Below are positions 36,177-45,809 of a stretch of 64,000 nt of DNA, one piece after another (the first letter of the stretch is position 1; the number at the start of each line of letters is the position of its first letter). The position numbers and the translations under genes were made by a program. The notes beneath the pieces were generated by a model. It worked only from the letters and a program-made list of their open reading frames with translations, was not told the DNA's origin and did not search any database. This DNA is from Myxococcales bacterium (GTDB lineage: Bacteria > Myxococcota_A > UBA9042), in contig CANMNA010000002.1 in the NCBI GenBank assembly GCA_947499075.1, positions 1,287 through 65,286 of the forward strand, in the 5' to 3' direction.

Positions 36177-38752
36177 TAGGCCGCCAGCGTCACCGCCGCA
36201 GGCTCACTATTGGGCGCCAGCACCACCTCGACACAGTGGTCAATGTCCAAGAACCGCTGGGCGACATCGCGAATTTGCTCTTTGGTCACCGCAAGCAGCG
36301 AGTCGATTTGCCCGCGGTAGGCTTCGCGGCCCAGCCCGTACAGTTCGTTCAGGCACAGCGTTGCCGCCCGAGACGAGCGGTGCTGCAGGCCAATCGCGAA
36401 GCTGCCGGCCAGGCTCTGCTTGGCGCGATCGAGCTCTTCATCGCCCACGCCACCCTGCCGCAGCTTGTCGATCTCGTGGTACAGGCCAGCCAAAGCCTGA
36501 TCGACCTTGTCCGGCGAAGTGCCCATGTACAGGGTAAAGTAGCCCTCGTCCAAGCCTTCGACATGCATGCCACTGACACTGTAGGCCAGCGACTGCTTGT
36601 CGCGCAGCTCTAGGAACAACCGCCCCGACTGGCCCGACATGATGGTCGCTAACACGTCCAGGGCAAACCGCGCCGGGTCGTGCAGCCGCGCGCCGAGAAA
36701 GCCGACCGCCAAATGCGCCTGCTGCTTGGCGGCGTTGGGCCGCACGCTGAGGCGGCGGGCCGGCCGCGGCACCGGGCGATGCTGCGGCAGCGGCAACATC
36801 ACGCGATCGCTCGGACTGCGCGCCGTCAGCGTCGCCACCAACTGGTCAACATCGATGTCTCCCGCCGCTGCAAACACCAGCCGCCCTGGAGCCAGCTGAC
36901 CGCGGACGTACTGCAACAAGTCGTCGCGCTGTAGCCCGGTCACGCTGGGGATATTGCCCAACAAGTCCAAGGCGTACGGATGCTCGCCATACAGCGCCGT
37001 CGCCATCGCGCGGATGGTCTGCCGCGACGGTGCATCGGCTTGGTGGCGCAGGTCTTCGAGTTGGCTTTGGCGCTCTTGTTCGAGATCGCCTTCGGGTAAC
37101 ATGCACTCGAACAGCGAATCACAAAACAGATCGAGCACCTCGGTCTGGTGGCGCGCCAAGCCCATCGCTTGCAGGCCCAGCGAATTGCGGCCAGCCGAGC
37201 CGGCCAGCCCAGCTGCCAAGCTCTCGATCTCGTGGGCGATCATGTCCGAAGTGCGCCGCGTCGTCCCGCGTGTCAGCAGGTTGCCCAGCAGGTGGGTCCG
37301 GCCATTGTTGGCCACGCTTTCAGCCCGCAGGCCGCCCAGCGCCGCCACGCGCACCGCAAAAAGCGCGACTGAGCGGTCCGGTTGCACCACCAGCACGTCA
37401 CCCGAAGGCAGCTCGATGCGCTCGATGCCGTCGAGCACGTCGGGCGTGCGGATGGCCAGCGTAGGCCCCACCGGATGCAGGGCCTTGCGCACATCGTCCA
37501 TCAGCGTGTGTTGCAGCTGCAAGTCGGTGGCGTCCTGTCCAAAAAGCGAGACAATTTGCACGGTATCTGCGTTGAGCCAGCGCTGGGCCACCCGCACTAC
37601 GTCGGCGCGCGTGACTTCAGCGACACGCTGGGCGTAGGTGCGATCCCAGTGTGGATCGCCCGCCGCTACGGCGAAATAGCCCAGCGAGTTGGCCAGGCCT
37701 TGCATCGTTTCTTGCTTGTACGTCGACTCGGCGATCACGTTGTGCTTGGCCTTCTCGAGCTCCGCCTGATCGATGCCCTCGCGGCGCACAGTAGCGATTT
37801 CTTCGAGCGCGGCCTGCCACGCTGGCGGGATCCGCTCGGCCGAAGTCAGGATCGTCGCTGCGAACAGGCCACCGCGCTGCGGGGTCCAACTGGAAGCGCC
37901 AATGTCGTTGGCCAGCAGCAGCTCGCGCTCGACCCGCCGGACCATGCGCGACGAGTCGCCTTGGCCCAGGGCAATCGCCAGCACGTCGAGCGCGGGCACG
38001 TCCGGGTGCAGCATGTCCGGGATCGGCCACGCAATCAGCGACCGGCTCTCGCTAAACGTGCTGCGCTGGGTCGTCTCGCGCGCCGGATGGGTCGCGGCCA
38101 GACCGGCCGGCCGCTTGGGCGCCAGGCTGGTGCCCTGACTGGCAAACGCGGCCGCCACTGCCGTCTTGACGTCTTCGGCGTCGACATCGCCCGCCACCAC
38201 TACGGTGGTGTTGGGTGCGGTGTAGTGCTTGCGCCAGAAGGCCCGCATGCGCTGCGGTGTCATCGACCTGACGCTCTCGGCAGTGCCCAGCACCGGCAGC
38301 GCGTACGGATGCCCAGCGAACGCCTGCTCAAACAGCAGCCGCCAGCTGACTTGGCCCGGACTATCGGCGGCGCGCCGGATCTCCTCGATCACCACTTCGA
38401 TCTCGCGCGCCAGTTCTTCGGCATCGAACAGAGAGTGGCAGACCGCGTCGGCCAGCACATCCAGGCCTTGGTGCCAGGCATGGGCCGGCATGACGACGTG
38501 GTAGCAAGTCGCGTCGTTGCTCGTCCAAGCGTTGATTTGGCCGCCCACGCGCTCGACGCCGGCGGCAATTTCGCCCACGCCACGGCTCGGCGTGCCCTTA
38601 AACAGCATGTGCTCGTGCAAGTGGGCCAGGCCCGCTTCGTCGGGCAATTCGTCAAAACCGCCGGTCGAAATCCAGATCTGAACGGCGACAACCGGCGCGC
38701 CGGCCACCGGCTCGACCAAAAGGCGCAAGCCAGACTGCAAAACTGTATCCAT
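36176..38752 (-). CDS. M16 family (pitrilysin/insulinase-like) zinc peptidase, fused two-module form
   Basis: HXXEH motif GLAHLHEHMLFKGT and INAWTS. The second half has an inactive module with SGRLFLELRDKQSLAYSV. Confidence 0.93.
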   Translation of the reverse strand: MDTVLQSGLRLLVEPVAGAPVVAVQIWISTGGFDELPDEAGLAHLHEHMLFKGTPSRGVGEIAAGVERVGGQINAWTSNDATCYHVVMPAHAWHQGLDVLADAVCHSLFDAEELAREIEVVIEEIRRAADSPGQVSWRLLFEQAFAGHPYALPVLGTAESVRSMTPQRMRAFWRKHYTAPNTTVVVAGDVDAEDVKTAVAAAFASQGTSLAPKRPAGLAATHPARETTQRSTFSESRSLIAWPIPDMLHPDVPALDVLAIALGQGDSSRMVRRVERELLLANDIGASSWTPQRGGLFAATILTSAERIPPAWQAALEEIATVRREGIDQAELEKAKHNVIAESTYKQETMQGLANSLGYFAVAAGDPHWDRTYAQRVAEVTRADVVRVAQRWLNADTVQIVSLFGQDATDLQLQHTLMDDVRKALHPVGPTLAIRTPDVLDGIERIELPSGDVLVVQPDRSVALFAVRVAALGGLRAESVANNGRTHLLGNLLTRGTTRRTSDMIAHEIESLAAGLAGSAGRNSLGLQAMGLARHQTEVLDLFCDSLFECMLPEGDLEQERQSQLEDLRHQADAPSRQTIRAMATALYGEHPYALDLLGNIPSVTGLQRDDLLQYVRGQLAPGRLVFAAAGDIDVDQLVATLTARSPSDRVMLPLPQHRPVPRPARRLSVRPNAAKQQAHLAVGFLGARLHDPARFALDVLATIMSGQSGRLFLELRDKQSLAYSVSGMHVEGLDEGYFTLYMGTSPDKVDQALAGLYHEIDKLRQGGVGDEELDRAKQSLAGSFAIGLQHRSSRAATLCLNELYGLGREAYRGQIDSLLAVTKEQIRDVAQRFLDIDHCVEVVLAPNSEPAAVTLAA

Positions 38753-38761
38753 GTTGAACTC

Positions 38762-39868
38762 CTAACAGCCGTCGCGCCGCAGTTGCGCTGCAAGCACCAT
38801 CTGGCGCAGCGTTTCGGCAAACGGTGGCCGTGCCACGCCCTGCTCGGTAATGATGCCGGCGATGAGCTCCGCCGGCGCCACGTCAAATGCAGGGTTGAAC
38901 ACTGCCACGCCGTTGGGCGCGAATTGCGCCCCCTGTGGGCAAGTCACTTCACTGGGATGGCGCTCTTCGATGGGGATCGCCTGCCCATCTGGGCAAGTCA
39001 GATCGATCGTCGAGGTCGGCGCCGCAATGTAAAACGGAATCTTGTGGTACGCGCACAGGATCGCCACGCTGTAGGTGCCGATCTTGTTGGCGGAGTCGCC
39101 GTTGGCGGCGATGCGGTCTGCGCCGACAATCGCGGCTTGGATCAAGCCCTTGCCCATCACATGGCCGGCCATGTTGTCGCAGATGAGCGTCGCTTGCATG
39201 CCGTCCTTGGCGCACTCCCAAGCGGTCAGACGCGCGCCCTGCAGCAGCGGCCGGGTCTCATCCATCCACACGTGCAGCTGCTTGCCTTGGGCGTGCGCCG
39301 TGCGGATCACGCCCAGCGCCGTACCGATGCCACCGGTCGCCAGCGCCCCTGTGTTGCAGTGGGTCAGCACGCCACCCTTGTCCGGCAGCAGCGGCGCGCC
39401 GTGGCGGCCGATGTCGACACAGCACTGGGCGTCATCGGCGTGGATCGCCTGGGCTTCGCCGACCAGCGCCGCCTGCCGGTCAACCAGTGACTTGCCCGCG
39501 CTGTGCTGGCCTGCCGCCCACATCCGATCGATGGCCCAAAACAGGTTGACCGCGGTCGGCCGCGTCGCGGCAAATCGCGCACAGGCTTGGGTCAGCACGT
39601 CGTCGAATTCGCCGTCGGGGTAGACCAGCAAGTACTGCGCCACGCCATAGGCTGCCGCAATGCCGATCGCCGGCGCGCCGCGCACGGTCAGCGTCTTGAT
39701 GGCGTCCATCACCTGCTCAGGGCGCGCGCAGTCCAGATACTGTTCACTGCCGGGCAGTTGCCGCTGATCGAGCAGGCGCACGATCGGCGGCGGCCCGGGC
39801 AGCCAGAGCACCGCGGTGATGCCGGTGGTGGGGGTCACAAGGGCCTCATCGAATCTGCAAGTGGCCAA
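38762..39868 (-). CDS. mtnA: S-methyl-5-thioribose-1-phosphate isomerase
   Basis: LDQRQLP, VRGAPAIG, RPTAVNL, LTHCNTGALAT, ETRPLLQGARLT, GADRIAANGDSANKIGT and NPAFDV motifs. Confidence 0.96.
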   Translation of the reverse strand: MATCRFDEALVTPTTGITAVLWLPGPPPIVRLLDQRQLPGSEQYLDCARPEQVMDAIKTLTVRGAPAIGIAAAYGVAQYLLVYPDGEFDDVLTQACARFAATRPTAVNLFWAIDRMWAAGQHSAGKSLVDRQAALVGEAQAIHADDAQCCVDIGRHGAPLLPDKGGVLTHCNTGALATGGIGTALGVIRTAHAQGKQLHVWMDETRPLLQGARLTAWECAKDGMQATLICDNMAGHVMGKGLIQAAIVGADRIAANGDSANKIGTYSVAILCAYHKIPFYIAAPTSTIDLTCPDGQAIPIEERHPSEVTCPQGAQFAPNGVAVFNPAFDVAPAELIAGIITEQGVARPPFAETLRQMVLAAQLRRDGC

Positions 39869-42800
39869 TGGTGGCCCGGTTGTCGCCGTGTTTGATCACC
39901 CCTGGGCCCGTCGCTGCAAGCACGGCCAAGCGCTGATCATTGCTCGGATTGTAGTAGCCGATGATGATCTCGTTGGGGCCCGAGTTGGTGCCCAGCGGCA
40001 CCTCCTGCTCGAACTCGTCGGCGATCAGGTCGCCCGGCATCCAGTGGTTGGTCTGAAAACAGCCGTTGCACGGCTTGTTTTCGTCTTCGCTGGGGTCAGG
40101 CTGGGTCAGCGGCCAGCGATCGAGGTGCAGCGGATGCGGGTGCATGAACAGCTTCCAGCTGGTCGGCGTGGCTTTGACGACCTTCCAATACAGCGTCATC
40201 TTGTACTTCTGCGACCGCGACACGCTGTGATCAGCCAGCTTGTAGCCAATCAGGTGGATGCAGTTGTCAAAGTTGACGAAAATCTTGCGCAGCGTCTTTT
40301 CCTTGGCCAGATCCACCTGAGTAATCAGGGCCTTTTTCAGCCAATTCTGATCCGGTTGGGTCGTCTGCAAGAAGTTGGTGGCGAGCACCAGCCGTGACGA
40401 GCTGGCATCGACTAGCGCGATGTGCTGACCGCCCTGGTGCTGCCGCATGGCGTGGTTGAGCTCGGAGAACGTGTCCTTGGGCAGCACGACGAACCGCTGC
40501 AGTGGCCCCGGCGCGGCAAATAGCTCTGGCTGCACGCCTTGTGGTCGGGCGGCAGACCACTTGTCCAGGGTCAGCCATCCGCGGGTTGCGTCATCGGCGG
40601 TGAGCAGCAGCGTGGCCGATAGCGTCAGCGTGTCCGCCGTGTTGTCGACCACCGTCGCTGTTTGGCCTTGGGGTGCGTACACCGCTGCACCTTGCCAGAC
40701 GCCGACGCTCCACCCAGCCTTGTCGACGCGCACCTTGGCGCCGTCGGCGGCCGACACCACGCCAAACCACGCAGATGCGTCGCGCTGCCCCGCTTTCTTG
40801 GTGTCCAGACCCGCGTGCCAACCTGGCACGGCCACCACGCGGCTGGTGCCACCTTGGCCCCCTTCGCTGATCCGCGCCGCGGCATTGGCGCCTGCCAGTA
40901 ACTGCAGGGTCGCTTGGCGATCTTCAAGCAACGGCATCGACTGCGTGTAGAAATTGTTGTCGTTGCCAGCCTTGGCAGCCCCGTGGGCAAAGGCGCGCGG
41001 CACACCGCGGTCATCGCTGGTGGTGCCGCCCGACTCGGCGATCCGCGCAACCAGATGCTTTTGCGAGAAGTGCACCGACAAGCCAGGCAACAGTGTCCAG
41101 GCGTAGCCGCCTGAGAAGCACACACCCGCCACCACAAGTGCTGTCGCCGCCCAGCGCGGCTGCTCGATGTGCCCGGCCAGGGCCAGCCCGCGATCGACCC
41201 ACCCGGCGACCACGGTTCGGCCAGCTACCCACCGATTGAGCGCGACCACCACTGCGGCGCCGACCAGCAGACCGCTATCCGGCGCGGCGATCAGCACTTT
41301 TGCCAAGTACTTGTAAGGTTCGGCTTGCGGGGTGACTTCGGTCACGTAGCGGCCAGCCAGTGGCCCAAACAGCACGAACAGCGCAAAGGCGCCGGCAGCC
41401 ACGGCTGGCCACGCATAGCCAGCGGCGTTCGCTTGCGCCCGGCCCACGACCGTGAGCACCGCCACTGCAGCCAGCCACCACGTGCCGATCAGGAACAGTG
41501 GAAAGCTCCACGTCCCCGCGGCTTGCGAGGCGCCAATGCCCAAACCCGCAACAGCCAGCAGCCCGACCATGCCAAAAACCAGCGGCGTGCGCTGGCGGGC
41601 CCCAGCGACCAGCGGCGCCCACAGCGAGTCTGTGTCTTGCAGCGGCTTGCCGACGACCAGGACCAGACCCACGGCGATCAGCAGGACCAGCGGTGTTAGA
41701 AATGCCGCCGAGCCCGCGCCTGCTGCCAGCGCACCGCCATAGCCCACCTCTGGGTGCAGCTGCACCAAGACGCCCAAGCCGCTGCCCAGCACCATCAGCA
41801 CGCCGATCGACCACGCGATCAGCGCCACCAGATCGCTGTGCAACGACTTGGCCAGCGTCAGCGTCAGCCGGTACCCGCGCTGGGTCGCCAGCCGCTCGCC
41901 CAGCACGGTGGTCAGCCCGGCCAGCGCCAGCAGCGTGGCGAACACGGCGGCTGCCGCCAGCACTTCGGGTCGGGTGTCCTGGATGACCACCCACAGGCGA
42001 TCATAGTTGTAACCAGTTGTCTGCGCTTGGGTCTTGAGCAACACGTCGAGTTTGCTGCCCAGAGACGCCAGCGCATCGATGGCCCAAATCAAGCCAATCG
42101 CGGCCAAGGTCCACGCCGCAGCCGTACGCGTCCGCAGCCACTGCACCGCGCGCTCGATCGTCGCCATCGGCTTGGCAGTACCCACCGCAAAGGCCAAAAC
42201 GGCCAATAGGGCCAGCACATGGGCTGGACGCGGCATGGCCAGCTCGGCCGGCCACGACGGATCACTGGTGGCACCGACCGCGGCAATCGGCGGGTCAAAG
42301 GCCAGAAACCGCGTTAAAGCATCGCCATTTTTGGAAATCTCCCGGTGCAGCAACAGCGTCGACAGGGCCACGAACGCCGCGGCGAGCCGCCCCGAGACCT
42401 TGCCCCGCAGCAGGTCCGCCAACAGCGCTGCCGCAGCGACCGCGCTCACGCCGGCAATCGGGACAACCAAGTGGTGAAAAGTCCGAATCAGCGTCGCGAC
42501 TACCGCAAACGGCACCACCACGCCGATGAGCAATGCGGCACCGACGTGGGCTGCCCGATCCGTGCTGCCTTCGTCTTGATCGCCGGCGAGCAAACGGCCC
42601 AAACCCAGGGCCACGGCCGCACCCCACGGGAACAGACCAAAGCCGGCTTGGCCGACGAACCAGGCAAAGTCACGGTGGTACTGATCGGGGCCGGCAGAAA
42701 ATGCGCCTTGGGTAAACCGCAGGCCGCGCAGCACCTGGCTATCGGGCTCGCCGAGCACCACGTACGCTGCGCCGCCGAGCAGGGCCAATGTGGCTACGGC

Positions 42801-43961
42801 CAGACTTACCGGTGCCGGTCGCCAGTCCGCGGCCGCCAGCACGTACGCCACGCACATGCCCGCGGCCATGGTCGCGCCGCCCAAGCCGCGGCCCAGCAAC
42901 AGGACTAGTGCGCCAGTCACGACCCACAGCGGCCAGTCGCGGCCGACTTGGACTGGCTTGCGGGCGGCCCCTTGGGCCAACCCCAACGCCACCAGCGTCA
43001 CCCCGAGCATGGGTGACACTTCCAGCGTCAAGATCCGGCCAAAGCCCATCGACATCGGCAACGTGGCGTAGACCGCCAGCGCGCACCACCCACCCGTCGC
43101 GCCAAACAGGCGGCGACTGCCCAGCACCACCAGCAGGCCAGTCAGAAGCGTCAGCAGTGCGCCACCCAAGCGGGCGCCGAACTCAGTTGGTCCGGCCGCG
43201 CTCAAACCGACAGCGGCCACCGCGGCATCAAGCCACGCGATCGGCAGGTTGTTGCCCTCGCGCTTGTGCACCGGCCATGCCCACGGCGATGGCACCGCGG
43301 TGGCCACCGCTCGGATCAACTGGGCCACTGGCACCACTTCGTCGCGGCCGCCCAGCAGCGGCCACAGCCCGGCCGCATCGCTGTCGCTGTCCAGCCAACC
43401 TGCGGTAGCTGCGTTCTTGTTGCCCTGCGCCAGCGCCTTGGCCCGCGCTTGCTGCACTGCCTTGCGCAAGCCCGCAGCGTCGCTGTCGCTGACCAACACC
43501 ATCCGCATGCCGCGGTTCTGGGCCTCGATGGCGCCCAGTTGGCTGGCCACTTCGGTCCATCCGCCGCCTTGCTGCTGACGCACGGCATCGGCATCGACCA
43601 CCAGCAAGTGCGCGACCTCGCGGCCCAACCGCTGCGCCGCACCTTGGAGCGAGGCCAAGGCCCCGGCGTCGAGCTTGGCCGAAGCGCGCACCAGCGCATA
43701 TTGGCCCGAAGCTTGTTTTTCTAGCGTTGCCAGCAGCTTGTCGCCGCTGCTCTCGGCCACCACCACCCGCGGTAGGCCCGCCATCCGCCGCGCGACTGCG
43801 GCGCGGTCCATCTCCCACGGGTCGAGCAACCCAGGCTTGCCCAGTCCGGGCAACAGCGCCGCGGCAAAAACAGCTGCTGCAAGCGCGAGCTGCCACGGGC
43901 GCAGCCGGGTTTCGAGGCGCTGCAGCGGGCTTGCAGGAGGGTCGGGCGCGGGCGGCATCAT
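39846..43961 (-). CDS. Very large polytopic GT-C-type (ArnT/PMT_2-like) glycosyltransferase with extra periplasmic domains
   Basis: First TM then GLLDPWEMDRAAVARRM (ArnT-like DPWE loop), TEFGARL and GLFPWG. Many TMs; C-terminal LIGYKL...LYWKV beta-sandwich. Confidence 0.7.
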   Translation of the reverse strand: MMPPAPDPPASPLQRLETRLRPWQLALAAAVFAAALLPGLGKPGLLDPWEMDRAAVARRMAGLPRVVVAESSGDKLLATLEKQASGQYALVRASAKLDAGALASLQGAAQRLGREVAHLLVVDADAVRQQQGGGWTEVASQLGAIEAQNRGMRMVLVSDSDAAGLRKAVQQARAKALAQGNKNAATAGWLDSDSDAAGLWPLLGGRDEVVPVAQLIRAVATAVPSPWAWPVHKREGNNLPIAWLDAAVAAVGLSAAGPTEFGARLGGALLTLLTGLLVVLGSRRLFGATGGWCALAVYATLPMSMGFGRILTLEVSPMLGVTLVALGLAQGAARKPVQVGRDWPLWVVTGALVLLLGRGLGGATMAAGMCVAYVLAAADWRPAPVSLAVATLALLGGAAYVVLGEPDSQVLRGLRFTQGAFSAGPDQYHRDFAWFVGQAGFGLFPWGAAVALGLGRLLAGDQDEGSTDRAAHVGAALLIGVVVPFAVVATLIRTFHHLVVPIAGVSAVAAAALLADLLRGKVSGRLAAAFVALSTLLLHREISKNGDALTRFLAFDPPIAAVGATSDPSWPAELAMPRPAHVLALLAVLAFAVGTAKPMATIERAVQWLRTRTAAAWTLAAIGLIWAIDALASLGSKLDVLLKTQAQTTGYNYDRLWVVIQDTRPEVLAAAAVFATLLALAGLTTVLGERLATQRGYRLTLTLAKSLHSDLVALIAWSIGVLMVLGSGLGVLVQLHPEVGYGGALAAGAGSAAFLTPLVLLIAVGLVLVVGKPLQDTDSLWAPLVAGARQRTPLVFGMVGLLAVAGLGIGASQAAGTWSFPLFLIGTWWLAAVAVLTVVGRAQANAAGYAWPAVAAGAFALFVLFGPLAGRYVTEVTPQAEPYKYLAKVLIAAPDSGLLVGAAVVVALNRWVAGRTVVAGWVDRGLALAGHIEQPRWAATALVVAGVCFSGGYAWTLLPGLSVHFSQKHLVARIAESGGTTSDDRGVPRAFAHGAAKAGNDNNFYTQSMPLLEDRQATLQLLAGANAAARISEGGQGGTSRVVAVPGWHAGLDTKKAGQRDASAWFGVVSAADGAKVRVDKAGWSVGVWQGAAVYAPQGQTATVVDNTADTLTLSATLLLTADDATRGWLTLDKWSAARPQGVQPELFAAPGPLQRFVVLPKDTFSELNHAMRQHQGGQHIALVDASSSRLVLATNFLQTTQPDQNWLKKALITQVDLAKEKTLRKIFVNFDNCIHLIGYKLADHSVSRSQKYKMTLYWKVVKATPTSWKLFMHPHPLHLDRWPLTQPDPSEDENKPCNGCFQTNHWMPGDLIADEFEQEVPLGTNSGPNEIIIGYYNPSNDQRLAVLAATGPGVIKHGDNRATIGHLQIR

Positions 43962-44049
43962 CGGCGGCTTGCCTCGCCGGCATGGCCGGCCGGAAGGGGG
44001 CGGCAATTTAGCAGGAAACGGCCACGGGGCAAGCGCACATTGCGCGCGC

Positions 44050-44829
44050 TCAGACGGCACCAAAGCGGCGCTGGCGACGGGAGAATTCGGTCACCGCAGC
44101 CTGAAATTGCGGCTCGCCAAATTCCGGCCAGTCGCAGGCGGCGAAGACGAATTCGGCATAAGCTGCGTCCCACAGCAAGAAATTGGAGACGCGCTGCTCG
44201 CCCGAGGTGCGGATCACCAGATCAGGATCGCAGCCGACCTGCGAAGTCCACAGGGCGTTGGCCATGGCCCGCTCGTCGATGGCCGCTGGCTCCAGCGTGC
44301 CGGCCTTGACCTGTTCGGCCAGCGCCCGCGCCGCCTGCACCAGGTCTTCGCGTCCGCCATACGACAGGCACAGCGCCAGCGTCATGCCGCGGTGGTGGCG
44401 GGTGTCGGCGATCACGGCTTGCAGCGCCAACCGGGCCGGCAGCGGCAAGCGCGCCAGATTGCCCAGCGCCACCAGCCGGATGTGCTGCTTGTGCAGCTCC
44501 TGGCGCTCACTGGTCAAGAAGTCGACCAGCAGGGTGAACAGCCCTTGGACTTCAGCCTGCGGCCGGGCCCAGTTCTGCTCTGAAAAGGCATACAGCGTCA
44601 ACGCTTCGATGCCAAGCTTGCGGGCAGTGCGGGTCACGGCACGCACCGACTCGGCGCCAGCGCGGTGGCCGTCACTGCGACTCAGTCCCCGTTTTTTGGC
44701 CCAGCGGCCGTTGCCGTCCATGATGATCGCCACGTGGCGGGGCACCCGGGCAGCTTGCGTCGCCAGGTTCGACGATGGTGGCATGTGCGCGTTGCCCAGC
44801 ACGCTCGCGGTGGCTTCAGGGTGCAACAT
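44050..44829 (-). CDS. uppS: Undecaprenyl/polyprenyl diphosphate synthase
   Basis: PRHVAIIMDGNGRWA, LTLYAFSEQNW.RP, SYGGR and DPDLVIRTSGEQRVSNFLLW. Confidence 0.96.
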   Translation of the reverse strand: MLHPEATASVLGNAHMPPSSNLATQAARVPRHVAIIMDGNGRWAKKRGLSRSDGHRAGAESVRAVTRTARKLGIEALTLYAFSEQNWARPQAEVQGLFTLLVDFLTSERQELHKQHIRLVALGNLARLPLPARLALQAVIADTRHHRGMTLALCLSYGGREDLVQAARALAEQVKAGTLEPAAIDERAMANALWTSQVGCDPDLVIRTSGEQRVSNFLLWDAAYAEFVFAACDWPEFGEPQFQAAVTEFSRRQRRFGAV

Positions 44830-45802
44830 GGGTGACCTCCGGACGGGGCACAGCAGAAACCACAACCGGCCAGGCTTTGCCGCGCCACAGCACCCACGCC
44901 GACCCCAGCAACAACGGCACGCTGATCAACTGCGAGGTCGAGAACAGCCCGCCCAGCCACAGGCCGCGGTCGTCGGCACGCAGGTACTCCACGCCAAACC
45001 GAAAAAGGGCGTACAGCAGCATGAACAGAAAAAAGCCTTCCCCGTCGAAGCGCACGCCCTTGCGCACCCTGCGGTAACACACCACGCTGATGATCAAGCA
45101 GGCGATGGCTTCGTACAGCTGCGTCGCGTGCACTGGCAACGACGCGGTGGCGTAGTGGCTGATGCGGTGGTCGGCCAAGTGCTTGTCCCACGCTGGTGAA
45201 TACTTCGGAAAGGGCAGGCCGACCGCGGCATCGGTCACCGCGCCAAAGCAGCAGCCCGCGAGCAGACATCCGACGCGACCCCAGACCAAGCCTTGGGCGA
45301 TCCCAAAGCTGGCGAGGTCGGCCACGCGCCACATCGGCATGTTCTTCTTGCGCAAAAACCAGATCCCGGTCGGGACTGCCAGCAAAAAGCCGCCGTAGTA
45401 GGCGTAGCCGCCGTACCAAATCTTGAGCACCCGCAGGCAGTCTTGGCTTTGGCGGCACAGGCCGCTGGCACGCTCGCACACGTCGCCTAGCCCGGCTTCG
45501 AGACACTGGCTGTCGCTGGCGCACTTGATGCCGGGTCCAAGTGATAGGGCTGGGACTTGGCTGGGATCGGTGCACAAATGGACATAGTCCCAAAACATGC
45601 CGTCGGCAACGATGTGCAGCGCGCGCGCGCCAATCAAGCCACATGCCAGCATCAGCAGGCCGAGGTCCAAGATCGGGTTGCCGGCCATGCCCTGCTGCAC
45701 GCCCAGCTTGTGGGCCCACAAAATAGCGATCGTAAAGCCGATCATCAGCAGCGTGAAATACGCTGGCAGCGTGGCAAAGCCAAGATCAAACGAAGGGTGC
45801 AC
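44816..45802 (-). CDS. lgt: Prolipoprotein diacylglyceryl transferase
   Basis: GLIGARALH, WYGGYAYYGG, GRVGCLLAGCCFG, HATQLYE and RFGVEYLRAD; GTG start. Confidence 0.92.
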   Translation of the reverse strand: MHPSFDLGFATLPAYFTLLMIGFTIAILWAHKLGVQQGMAGNPILDLGLLMLACGLIGARALHIVADGMFWDYVHLCTDPSQVPALSLGPGIKCASDSQCLEAGLGDVCERASGLCRQSQDCLRVLKIWYGGYAYYGGFLLAVPTGIWFLRKKNMPMWRVADLASFGIAQGLVWGRVGCLLAGCCFGAVTDAAVGLPFPKYSPAWDKHLADHRISHYATASLPVHATQLYEAIACLIISVVCYRRVRKGVRFDGEGFFLFMLLYALFRFGVEYLRADDRGLWLGGLFSTSQLISVPLLLGSAWVLWRGKAWPVVVSAVPRPEVTHVAP

Positions 45803-45809
45803 GCGCGGC

